Positions 11,916 to 21,100 of a stretch of 64,000 nt of DNA are shown here, in pieces. The stretch's first letter is position 1. Each line of letters begins with the position of its first letter. This DNA comes from Lewinellaceae bacterium. Its GTDB lineage: Bacteria > Bacteroidota > Bacteroidia > Chitinophagales > Saprospiraceae. The stretch lies in contig JACJYE010000003.1 of assembly GCA_020636255.1 (NCBI GenBank), positions 125,538 to 189,537 of the forward strand, in the 5' to 3' direction. The notes under the pieces are model-generated. The model was not told the origin of the DNA. It made no database searches and saw only the letters and a program-made list of their open reading frames with translations. A program made the translations under genes and the position numbers.

Positions 11916-12644
11916 CTACTTCTTGTCCAGTATTTTATGCGCCAGCGCGGGAAACAGAAAAGCGATCCGGAGGAAGATGCGCATGCTGGGCACGGTAACA
12001 ACCCTTCTTTCTTTTTCGATCTGTGGTATGACGTGGCTGATCAATGCTTTCACCGGCATCTTTTTTTCATCGCGGCCGGAAGTCATGCCGGTGTCCGTCA
12101 CGGGTGGGATGAATTCCAGTACATTAATAGCTGTGTCCTTCAACGCGAACCGGAGGCCGGTAGTGAAATTCCGCATGGCCGCTTTACTGGCGCTGTATAC
12201 CAGCCCATCGGATTTGGGGAAGGCGCCCAGGCCGGAGGTCGTGTTGATGATCAGCGCTTTAGGAGAGGTGGCGAGCAAGGGGATCAGCAACTGCGTAAGG
12301 ATGATCTGGCCGGCCGCGTTAATATCCATTTCTTTGCGTATCCTGTCAGGGGATACGGCTTCTTCCGTAAACAAGTAATTGTACTGCACCCCAGCGTTGT
12401 TGATCAGGATATTCACATCCGGATATTTATTCTGGATCCGTATGACGGCGTTTTCTATCTCCTGCGTATCGCTCAGGTCGCATTGGATAGCCTGGAACCC
12501 TTGTGATGCCGCTTCCTGAAGTTTCGCCGGGTTACGGCCAAGCAGGATCACTTTGTTGTTCTTTTCAAGCAGCGACTTCCCGAGTTCATAACCTATCCCG
12601 GAAGTCCCGCCGGTGATCAGAATGGTGTTCTTCGTGAGTTTCAT
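11916..12644 (-). CDS. Short-chain dehydrogenase/reductase (SDR).
   Basis: 'ILITGGTSGIGYEL' Rossmann TGxxxGxG motif, 'NNAGV', 'YSASKAA' catalytic Tyr-x3-Lys. Confidence 0.9.
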   Translation of the reverse strand: MKLTKNTILITGGTSGIGYELGKSLLEKNNKVILLGRNPAKLQEAASQGFQAIQCDLSDTQEIENAVIRIQNKYPDVNILINNAGVQYNYLFTEEAVSPDRIRKEMDINAAGQIILTQLLIPLLATSPKALIINTTSGLGAFPKSDGLVYSASKAAMRNFTTGLRFALKDTAINVLEFIPPVTDTGMTSGRDEKKMPVKALISHVIPQIEKERRVVTVPSMRIFLRIAFLFPALAHKILDKK

Positions 12645-12733
12645 GATGTATACGTTTTTTGTTCAGTGCAAAGTTGGCCCGAACAAACCGCTCAAGCATT
12701 AACCTATGTTAAGAGCTTGTTTTTTGAACACTT

Positions 12734-13315
12734 CTAATTCGGCTGGGCGAGCCTGGCACGTATCCGGCTCAGCTGTATAGGGGTGACTCCCAGGTAGGAT
12801 GCGATGTGGTACTGCGGAATGAGGTTTTCCAATTCAGGGTATTCTTCCCTGAATATCATGTAGTTGGATGTGGCATCATTGGTAACCATCCGGATATCGT
12901 GGAGCTCTTTTTTCATCCACTCGTACTCCATCAACCGAAGCATCATGGATTCCAGGCACCTGTGTTCCGGGAATAATTCACGGAATGCGCGATAGGGGAA
13001 ACGAAACAGGCGGCAGGGCAATAGAGCCTGAAAATTCAGCTGGCAGGGAGCATCGGAAAGCAGCGCGGTAATAGGGGTGGGAAACATACCGGGGATGAAG
13101 AAGGTCTTATTGTATTCGTTCCCGTCCTTGTTATAGAATACGCGTATCAGGCCTTCTTCCAAAAAATAAGCGTGATGCACCCGGCCCCCTTCTCTTACCA
13201 GATATTCACTTTTCTCCAGGCCGGCAGGTTCCAGCAAGGCGCTAAAGGCAAGCCATGCTTCATCCGTCAAGGGATAAATGCCATTCAGGGTTTTATGTAT
13301 ATCTTTAGCTTTCAT
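12734..13315 (-). CDS. Crp/Fnr-family transcriptional regulator (cNMP-binding domain + C-terminal HTH).
   Basis: 193 aa with a C-terminal 'HIASYLGVTPIQLSRIRARL' HTH typical of Bacteroidetes Crp-like regulators and an N-terminal beta-roll region. Confidence 0.75.
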   Translation of the reverse strand: MKAKDIHKTLNGIYPLTDEAWLAFSALLEPAGLEKSEYLVREGGRVHHAYFLEEGLIRVFYNKDGNEYNKTFFIPGMFPTPITALLSDAPCQLNFQALLPCRLFRFPYRAFRELFPEHRCLESMMLRLMEYEWMKKELHDIRMVTNDATSNYMIFREEYPELENLIPQYHIASYLGVTPIQLSRIRARLAQPN

Positions 13316-13432
13316 TGCTGTTTTACCCTCCCTGAAGTTCCAACCCGATTAAAAATAATGCCGTTATGCCGTTTCAACAAAAAAAACGTCATTTATTCTG
13401 TTTTTGCGCTTGAAAGGCCGAAAAACGAGATC

Positions 13433-14215
13433 ATGAAACACGCACCCCTCTTATTTGCACTTGTATTCCTGCTATCCGCCTCCCTGCACGCCCAGGTGGT
13501 CAACACCGAAAAAAAGCGCTTCCTGAGCCAGGACAAAACCTGGGCCGGCAATGTCGACTTCAATTTCGGCCTGAACCGCACCAAAGCAGGACAGACATTG
13601 ATCCTCAATACGAATGGGCAAATACAGCTGAACAAGAACAGGAATAAATGGATGTTCTTAGCCGGATATGCACTCACCCAGTTCCTCGACATCGACACCC
13701 CGGGCGCCGCCCCTAAAAACTTCAACAATGCCCAGTTCACCCATCTGCGATACAACCGCGTGCTCAGCAACCGCTTAACCTGGGAGGCCTTCGTTCAGGA
13801 GCAATGGGATGAGGTCCACGAGATAGACCTGCGCCTGCTGGCCGGTACCGGCCCCAGGTTGCAAATATTACGCACCGACAGCAGCCAGCTCTTTTTCGGA
13901 GCCCTTTACATGTACGAACACGAGAACACCAGCCCAGAAGACTTCATGGAGAAGAACAGGCATTCCCGGCTAAGCTCTTATGTATCGGCAGGTTTTACCT
14001 TCAGCCATTTCATCCTCAACCACATAACCTACTATCAGCCCCGCCTGAGCCAAATAGAGGATTACCGCATCAATTCCGAGACTTCTATCAGCCTGCAGAT
14101 ACACTCGCGCTTAACGCTCCGGACGAGCTACACCTTTATCTTTGACAGCCGGCCTCCTCAAACGGTAAGGAAAACCAGGTATAACCTGGGCAGTGGGGTC
14201 AGTTTTGCGTTTTGA
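13433..14215 (+). CDS. DUF481-family outer-membrane beta-barrel protein.
   Basis: Signal peptide 'MKHAPLLFALVFLLSASLHAQ', alternating amphipathic beta-strand pattern, C-terminal '...GSGVSFAF' ending in Phe (OMP signature). Start at the Met giving a signal peptide. Confidence 0.6.
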   Translation: MKHAPLLFALVFLLSASLHAQVVNTEKKRFLSQDKTWAGNVDFNFGLNRTKAGQTLILNTNGQIQLNKNRNKWMFLAGYALTQFLDIDTPGAAPKNFNNAQFTHLRYNRVLSNRLTWEAFVQEQWDEVHEIDLRLLAGTGPRLQILRTDSSQLFFGALYMYEHENTSPEDFMEKNRHSRLSSYVSAGFTFSHFILNHITYYQPRLSQIEDYRINSETSISLQIHSRLTLRTSYTFIFDSRPPQTVRKTRYNLGSGVSFAF

Positions 14216-14243
14216 AGGGCGTCCTCATCTTTCTCCCCTTTCA

Positions 14244-14280
14244 ACACGAAACCCCGGGCAAAGTGCTCGGGGTTTCGTGT
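14244..14280. terminator. Hairpin in the convergent intergenic region (possible terminator; no clear U-tract).
   Basis: Stem 'acacgaaaccccg' / 'cggggtttcgtgt' (13 bp), loop 11 nt. Confidence 0.35.
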
Positions 14281-14337
14281 ATTAACAGGAAGTTTTTGAG
14301 CTGAGGCCAAATCTGCTCCTATCCGGCTTCTCTAGGC

Positions 14338-14718
14338 TCAGCCCCGCTTTAATTCCATAACGCCATCCGGCCCGCCGCGGCCTTCGCATTCTTCGCTGAC
14401 ACGAGTCATTTTCAGGCCGTCAGCCGTGACTTCATACTTATAAACCCCCTTTCCCGTGCATTCCGAACCTTCGACATCCTGAATGGTGATCTGGCCGTCT
14501 TTTTCTGAAAAAGTGCCTTTGATCTCCACCACGCCATCTGCGCCAAAGTCGACGGTATAGGTGTTGTCGGCCTTTATGGAAACGTGCATGGGCATCATAT
14601 TGCCCTGGTCATCGGCGGGTATCATGGCCTTCCATTCGCCTACTGCGCTGGATTGGGCGGAGGAAGCGAGAGGCAGGCAAAAACAAAGAATAACCACAAA
14701 AGAAGACAGGTACTTCAT
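14338..14718 (-). CDS. Hypothetical small secreted protein.
   Basis: Signal peptide 'MKYLSSFVVILCFCLPLASSAQS', then a beta-rich ~100-aa domain with 'CTGKG...SEECEGRGG'. No family recognised. Start moved to the internal Met because the ORF-track start overlaps a perfect palindrome. Confidence 0.5.
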   Translation of the reverse strand: MKYLSSFVVILCFCLPLASSAQSSAVGEWKAMIPADDQGNMMPMHVSIKADNTYTVDFGADGVVEIKGTFSEKDGQITIQDVEGSECTGKGVYKYEVTADGLKMTRVSEECEGRGGPDGVMELKRG

Positions 14719-14742
14719 TGGTGATGGTTTTAGGTGAAAAAA

Positions 14743-14790
14743 TATCAATTAGAGCTTATTTGGAGGCCGGCTTTAGCCGGCCTCCAAATA
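14743..14790. repeat. Perfect 22-bp-arm palindrome: two inverted copies of the dispersed element TAGAGCTT(A/G)TTTGGAGGCC joined by a 4-nt loop.
   Basis: 'tagagcttatttggaggccggc-ttta-gccggcctccaaataagctcta'. The same ~20-bp core recurs at 21947-21966, 22005-22024 (inverted), 43938-43955 and 60840-60857. Confidence 0.85.
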
Positions 14791-14926
14791 AGCTCTAAGC
14801 CAAATTTAGGAAATTTACCCCCTTTACGGCCCTGCCTGAATATATTTAATTTAAGGCCATGCTTTATACCTTCCAGGTGGCTCCGCCGCTACGGCAACAG
14901 CAACACTGCGTACTACAAACTGCCCA

Positions 14927-16519
14927 TTACTCCGCCCAGGGTACTTTCGGCGATGCATAATAATTGACCCCCAGCGCTTCGAAGCGGGCTTTCTGACGGC
15001 CCAGGCGTTGCTTGTACTCGTCCCACTGCCGGAGCGCGGGCGGCGTCCAGCCGATCTCGGCGATGCCGGGGATGCGGGGGAACGTCATGTATTCCAGTTC
15101 TTTGATATTGGTGACCGTCTCCGTCCACAGCGGAGCCTCTACGCCGAGGATGGCGTTTTTGTCCACTCCCTCGGCAGCAGCCATGGCAGCGGGGTCCCAG
15201 ATATAGCCGGTATCCACCTCGATATAACCGGCCCAGCTCAGCCCAAGCTCAGTGGTGGAGTCGTATTTCATATCGATATAGGCCTTGCTGGCAGGCGACA
15301 TGATCAGCATGGCCCCTTTTTCCACGCCCATTTTGGCGTTTTCCGTGCCGGCCCACAATTGCACTGCCGTGCCGGGCCGCATTTCTGCATTGGCGATCTC
15401 GTCCCAGCCGGCTACTTCCTTGCCATGGGCTGCGACGATATCCTGCACCCGGTTGATAAAGGGGATGTAATCCTCCATAGGCGTCACATGCGACTCATCG
15501 CCGCCGATGTGCAGATAGGGGCCAGGCGTCAGCGCGGCCAGCTCGCGGAAGACGTCGTCGATGAAGGCATAGACCGTATCTTTGGCCGTACAAAAAGTGC
15601 TGAACCCTACCTCGGTGCCCGTATAGAGCTTGCGGGCCTGTCCGTCGCAGTTGAGCTCAGCGTAGGAGGCCAGCGCAGCATTGGTATGGCCCGGCATATC
15701 GATCTCGGGTATGATCGTGATATAATGATCCGCTGCGTACTGCACGATGTCTTTGTATTGTTCCTGGGTGTAAAATCCTCCTTCGCCGCCGCCTACTTTA
15801 GTGCTGCCTCCTATTTCCGTCAGCCTGGGCCAGGATTTGATCTCGATGCGCCAGCCCTGGTCGTCGGAAAGGTGCAGGTGCAGCACGTTCATTTTGTACA
15901 GAGCGATCAGATCGATATAACGCTTGACGTCTTCGACGCTGAAGAAATGGCGTGCGACATCGAGCATGGCGCCCCGGTGCCGGTAGCTTGGGTAATCGAC
16001 AATAGTGCCGCTGGCGATCTCCCAGGGCCCCTCCTGTTTCTCCCCCAGCTCGATGGAAGCCGGTAGCAACTGGCGGAGCGTCTGTATGCCGTAAAAAATG
16101 CCCGCAGACTGGTTGGCCGTCAGCGTGAGCTGTTTTTCGGTGATCTCCAGCTGGTACCCTTCCTGGCCCAGGCCCGCTTCATCGCCAACAAGGGCCAGAT
16201 AGATATGGCCAGCGCCCGGCACTTTGTCCGTTTTTTTTACACTTATCTCCAATCCGGTGGCCGGGTTAAGCATGTCGGCGAGCTCCTGCCCGAGCTGCTC
16301 CAAGTCCGGATAAATCGCCTGTACATAGATCTTCGTTTTCTCCGTCAGCCGGAAGGAACTACCCGTGGCTTCCAGGGAAACAGGCCGGGGGATGATAGCC
16401 TCCTGTGCCAGGTCTTTGGGTGTAGGAGGAGGCTCATTGGTGCAGGAAACCAGCAGAAAGCCCGCGGTGAAGAGCACGGCCGCATAACGAATGGCCAGGG
16501 AACAAAAATGCTTTGTCAT
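14927..16519 (-). CDS. Beta-N-acetylhexosaminidase, glycoside hydrolase family 20, lipoprotein.
   Basis: Lipobox 'FLLVSCTN'; catalytic 'HLHLSDDQGWRIEIKSWPRLTEIGG' and 'IIPEIDMPGHTNAALASYAELNC' blocks (GH20 D-E pair). Confidence 0.93.
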   Translation of the reverse strand: MTKHFCSLAIRYAAVLFTAGFLLVSCTNEPPPTPKDLAQEAIIPRPVSLEATGSSFRLTEKTKIYVQAIYPDLEQLGQELADMLNPATGLEISVKKTDKVPGAGHIYLALVGDEAGLGQEGYQLEITEKQLTLTANQSAGIFYGIQTLRQLLPASIELGEKQEGPWEIASGTIVDYPSYRHRGAMLDVARHFFSVEDVKRYIDLIALYKMNVLHLHLSDDQGWRIEIKSWPRLTEIGGSTKVGGGEGGFYTQEQYKDIVQYAADHYITIIPEIDMPGHTNAALASYAELNCDGQARKLYTGTEVGFSTFCTAKDTVYAFIDDVFRELAALTPGPYLHIGGDESHVTPMEDYIPFINRVQDIVAAHGKEVAGWDEIANAEMRPGTAVQLWAGTENAKMGVEKGAMLIMSPASKAYIDMKYDSTTELGLSWAGYIEVDTGYIWDPAAMAAAEGVDKNAILGVEAPLWTETVTNIKELEYMTFPRIPGIAEIGWTPPALRQWDEYKQRLGRQKARFEALGVNYYASPKVPWAE

Positions 16520-16600
16520 GATCGCGATCAGTTTGTTTTGGTTGAACCTCTAAAGGTAAAAAAAGCATATATCTTTACAGCAGCAAAAATTCCCCTGAAC

Positions 16601-17536
16601 ATGAAACGCGCTGCCGGCAGATTAATAGCCCTTTTTTGTTTCCTGGCCCCGGTGGCCCGGGCCCAGGAATTCCTCCCCAACCCATCTATGGAAGGGCTGC
16701 CGCGCGCCAACGTCCCACCAGCGCCATGGATCAACTGTGGCCCGCTGAGCAGCGCCGATACCCAGCCCGGGCAGTTCGGCATCACCAAAACAGCGGTCGA
16801 CGGCCTCACCTGCATCGGTATGGTCGCCCGGGGCGACGCCCAGTTCGGGGCGCCAATCGCTGGCACTACCGAAGGCGTCGGTGCTTTTTTGCTCGACACT
16901 TTACAGCCGGGGCAGGAGTACGACCTTACTTTTTCCCTGAGCTACGACCCCAACTTCATCTGGGAGGGAATCGACTTCGGCAAACCCTGCCGCCTGCGTA
17001 TCTTCATTGGTGAGGGCGAATGCGATAAGGCACAGGAGATCCACCTCTCCCACCCTATCGATCATTACCCATGGCTGGAGTACACCTTCCGCTTTACGCC
17101 CGAAGTACGGGCCGGCTTCCTGATCTTCGAAACCGCCTTTGCCGATGAAATAAACCGGGAGAGCTGTAACATCTTCCTCGATGCCGGCCGCCTCCGCAAG
17201 AGTTACGTGGATGAGCCCGTTGAGCCCGCAGATACCACAAACACCCCTGCAGATACCCTCTGCCAGGCCTATCTTCCCAATGCCTTCTCCCCCAATAACG
17301 ACGGCCGCAATGATACCTTCCGGGCCTACCTGGCCTGCGAGCCCGCTAGTTTCCACCTGTCCGTCTTCAACCGCTGGGGCAGCAAAGTCTTTGAAAGCAA
17401 AAACCCCGATGCCGGCTGGGACGGGCGCATCAAAGGCGATAGCGCGCCGGCAGGGCTGTATGCCTACGTGCTGGAATATGCTTTCGGCGATGGGGAGCAG
17501 GTGAGCAAGTACGGGGAATTGTCGTTGTTGCGGTAG
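16601..17536 (+). CDS. Secreted protein with gliding-motility-associated C-terminal domain (T9SS type-B CTD / CHU_C).
   Basis: Signal peptide 'MKRAAGRLIALFCFLAPVARAQ'. C-terminus 'LPNAFSPNNDGRNDTFRAYL...SVFNRWGSKVFESKNPDAGWDGRIKGDSAPAGLYAYVLEYAFGDGEQVSKYGELSLLR' matches the type-B sorting domain. Confidence 0.75.
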   Translation: MKRAAGRLIALFCFLAPVARAQEFLPNPSMEGLPRANVPPAPWINCGPLSSADTQPGQFGITKTAVDGLTCIGMVARGDAQFGAPIAGTTEGVGAFLLDTLQPGQEYDLTFSLSYDPNFIWEGIDFGKPCRLRIFIGEGECDKAQEIHLSHPIDHYPWLEYTFRFTPEVRAGFLIFETAFADEINRESCNIFLDAGRLRKSYVDEPVEPADTTNTPADTLCQAYLPNAFSPNNDGRNDTFRAYLACEPASFHLSVFNRWGSKVFESKNPDAGWDGRIKGDSAPAGLYAYVLEYAFGDGEQVSKYGELSLLR

Positions 17537-17630
17537 TGGAGGAGCTATCGGTAACTTGCCAAAAAATAAACCTGGTAGAAACGAAGCTTGCACATTTTGT
17601 GTTATATTTGGAAACATAGAAACCGATGTC

Positions 17631-17885
17631 ATGGCTTCAAATACGAGTAACGATATTCTCAACCTGATTAAAAGCTTAAGCTTATCAGAGAGGCTTAAAA
17701 TCGCGGAGGAAATTTTAAGGAATATCCGGGAAGAGAATATGGAGGCCAAAGCTGCCGAGCTAGCTACGGCTACTCAAAATGGGCCAGCTATTTTGAGCCT
17801 TGCTGGTATCATGAATGAAGAAGAAGCCAGGATATGGGACAGTGCAATTGCAGAGTCAAGAAAAATTGATGAAGATGAATGGTGA
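17631..17885 (+). CDS. Putative antitoxin, upstream partner of a PIN-domain toxin with a 4-bp ATGA overlap.
   Basis: 84-aa acidic C-terminus '...RKIDEDEW*'. Its stop overlaps the start of the PIN ORF (atgaatggTGA), typical of type II TA coupling. Confidence 0.45.
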   Translation: MASNTSNDILNLIKSLSLSERLKIAEEILRNIREENMEAKAAELATATQNGPAILSLAGIMNEEEARIWDSAIAESRKIDEDEW

Positions 17886-18100
17886 TTATCTTTTGGATTC
17901 CAACATCATCGTCGATATTTTCAGGGGTGAAGTAAAGGCAATATCCAAAGTCAAACAGTTAACAGTAATAAATGTCTCGGTAATTACCATAGGCGAACTT
18001 TACTATGGCGCCAAAAAATCAAACCAGACGCTACTTGCTAACCAAAGACAAGCACTTTGAAAACGTAGACAATTTAGCTATTGACGATTTCTGGGGCTAA
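17875..18100 (+). pseudogene. Degenerate VapC-like PIN-domain toxin with an internal deletion plus frameshift.
   Basis: N-terminal 'MNGDYLLDSNIIVDIF...ITIGELYYGAKKSNQ' is the first PIN motif (first Asp plus the EL..G block). A +1-frame tail '...LLTKDKHFENVDNLAIDDFWG*' resembles the PIN C-terminus (lvT.d..F). The ~45-aa middle block carrying the third acidic residue is missing. Confidence 0.55.
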
Positions 18101-18118
18101 ATCCATTACCGCTTCACC

Positions 18119-21100
18119 CTACTCCTTCCTCGACAATACCAACCGAAAGTTCAGCTTGCCGCTTTCGTCTTCCCGGGCGCGAATGAGCAGTGCAGGGCCT
18201 TTTCCGCGCGCGCCTGCTTTATGCAGGGCTTCCGGTTTCAGCCCAGGGCTGAAGAGGTTTCCTACGGGCAACTCGAAAATCAGGTTGGTAGGATGCTCTC
18301 CCAATCCGTAGCGGCCCTCTACACCGAAGGTCAGCGCGGTTGAATAGACGAAAAAATGGTCGATGAACAGGTCGCGGCCCTGTAGCCGGAAGGTGTTCTC
18401 CAGCGTAGCAAAGCGTATGTGGGAGAGCTTGCGCTTGCGCAACAGGAAGTTCTGCACCGAATCCAGCGCCGGCAGGCTGATCAGGGCGCCATCTTCGACC
18501 TTCAGGCCGATGAGGCCTTCCATACTCTCCGGCAGGATATCATAATTGGCGTTGGCCCGGGCCCTGAAAGTGGCCTCGGCGGTGAGCCTCCCCTCGATAT
18601 TGCCGGCAACCAGGCCCTGCTGCCCGAAATTGTCGAAAGCGCGGAAGGCCTGCTGGATGTCGGCGCCCCGAAAGCCGGCGCGCAGGTCGATATCGGGGGC
18701 GTTCTCTTCCAGCCCGCTGATCTGCCCGTCGAGGCGGAACTGGCCGCCGGCCAGAGCCATGCTTGCATCGCGGATGCCCAGCAGGCCCGGCGCCATGCGG
18801 AACACGCCCGACATATCGGACGCCCGAAAGTGCCGGTAGCTCACCGTATCGAGCCGGACTTCCAGCTCGGCATCGAGATGATCCAGGCCCGCCAGTACCA
18901 GCTTGCTGATCGGCGTAGGGTGGTAAGGCCCTTTCTTCAGGTTGGGCAAAAACTTCTGCGGCGCCTTGAAATGGCCAAAGTCGAAGTGCGGGGAATACAA
19001 TTCCAGCGATGCGCGCAGCTCCCGCTCCGGCAGGAACAGGAAGGGCAGAAAATCGTAGAACTGCCCGTGCAGGCGCACGGCATTCCCGTTGAGCAGCAAC
19101 GCCAGCTTTTTTACCGTCAGGCCCTGCTCGTCAAAAACCAGCTCCGCCGCCATATCCTCCAGCCGGTAGCCGCGCGGCTTGTAATCCAGCGCAGCGCCGC
19201 TGATGCGCGCCGTGCCCTGTATGCTGGCCTTCAGCAGGGCATGCTCCACATCGAACTGCCCCTGGGGCCGGCCTTCGTAATGAAAGGCCACATCGGCCAG
19301 GCCTCCATAAAAGGCAAAGCGGTCGGGAGGGAACATGCGGTTCATCTCCTTCAACGGCATGCTCACCCGGGCGTCCGCTATAAAAAAGGGCGCATCGAGA
19401 TCTTGAACGGCCACGGTAGCCCTGATCGGGGCAGTGCCAAAGAGCTTTCCGCTAAAGGTGTCGATGACTACGCAACCACTTTCGTCCTGCTGCCCTTCAC
19501 AACGGCCGAGTATACGCCCGGAAAAAGCGGCCTGCGTGAAATCGACATTCCGGAAATGCAAAGTATCGGCCGATACCCGGAGTTCCCCCTCTATGCTGGC
19601 CAAAGCGGCATCGAGGGCCTTCGCCAGGCGGTTAGGGTGAAATCCCGCCCTGCTACGCCGCTCCGAAAGCTGGTTTTTCAGGGGAAATTGATTGAGGTCC
19701 AGATGAACGGCCCGCGTCTCCACCCTGGCCTTCAGCCGGCGGCCGGGCCTGAACAAAAAAGGGATCAGCCCTTCTATCTGCCCATGGCCCTGCAGCATGT
19801 TATCATTTAGCGAAAGCGCTATACTATCTATCGCCAGGTTCAGCCCGTCAAAGTGAAAATCACCATCGAGCCGGCGGATGGTGTAGGCGCGGGGCAGGTA
19901 TTCGGCAGAAGCATTGCGCAGGCGGGCATTGCCTCTGAAACGCCCCCGAAGGGCCTCTTCACTGAGGTTGAAATAGTCATCGAGCGGCCCCTCGTATTGC
20001 ATCGCCATAGACAGCTGCCCGCCGCCGAGCCGGATCTTGTCGGCCGGCACGATAGCGCCAAAATGCTCCAGGGCCGCCGATAAACGAAGGGCCATCTCCA
20101 ATTGAGGGTTCTCCAGATGCGTAGCCCGCAACGCACCCTCCAGGCCGATTTGGCCGAAAATGCGGGCAGACAAGCTATCCACCTGCAGGCAGGCGCCTCC
20201 TTCTGCGCAAGGGCACACCACTTCCAGCCGGAAGCGGGCGTCGGACGCCTGCAACTTCCGGTACCGCACTTCGGCGCTGCTGACGTTAAACCGGAACCGG
20301 TAATCGCCAGTGACAGGCCCCGGCCCGGCAGATGCTGCAGGTGTTTGCAATAACCCGTTAAAATCCAGGCGGCGGGCCTCGACGTCCAGTTCGCCCAGAA
20401 GCGTATCCCGGCCATTCAGAAGGAAAGGCGTGAAACCGTATACCCAGCCCTTCAGTTCGATAGGGCCGCCGTTAACCGACATTCGGGCGTATTCCACCTG
20501 CAGGTGTTCGCCCTGAAAGAGCAGCCGGGCATCCAGCCCTTCTGCCCGTACAGCGCCAGGCAGATACTCCAGCGCCCCGCCCTCGATGCGGGCCTCGCCA
20601 TCCAGCAACAGGCCCGATAGTGCCGGGCCGCTCTGGCCTTGCATTGTGAACCGGGCTTTTGCGACGCCCTCCAGGCAGCGGAGCCGCTCAGCCGGCAGGT
20701 AGGGGTTTAATTGTTCCAGCGGGAATTCCGCTTCCCCGCTTATCTGCACTATCGGCGCCTTCAGCCCTTCGGCATGGCAAGACAAGCGCATGGGGATAGA
20801 GCCCCGGAAGCGGGCAGCCGAAAATTCGATGTCCAGGCAGTCGCCATTAGGCGTAATGGGCGCTGTACTGTCGCAGTGGTTCCTGTAGTTGCCGGAAAAC
20901 ACCGCTTCGGTAAAGCGCAACTTATTGACAGCTACCAAAGCATCACGAGCCGAAAAATCCACCCGGATGCCCTGCTGCCCGGGCGCCAGGGGGCCGTCGA
21001 TGGACAGCACGAATTGCAGGGGGCTGCTGATGGTGTAAGGCTCCAGGGCCCGCTGCAGGTTGTCGGCAAGCAGTTGGCGGGTTTCGCCCAGCAGGAGCCC

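Noticed and set aside
15008-16066. Many long ORFs antisense to annotated genes. Examples: 15008-16066+, 16901-17749-, 18419-19810+, 22763-23794-, 25225-25968+, 26254-27120+, 27583-28914-, 31749-32669+, 32647-33456+, 36079-36723-, 36754-37656-, 41114-42145-, 43106-43681-, 45240-45890-, 46242-47612+, 52045-53310+, 54204-55799+, 58635-59723+, 62831-63232+.
   Set aside because: Each lies opposite a gene with strong family-level motifs. Their products are low-complexity Arg/Ala/Gly/Pro-rich, as expected for out-of-frame high-GC sequence. None shows recognisable motifs.
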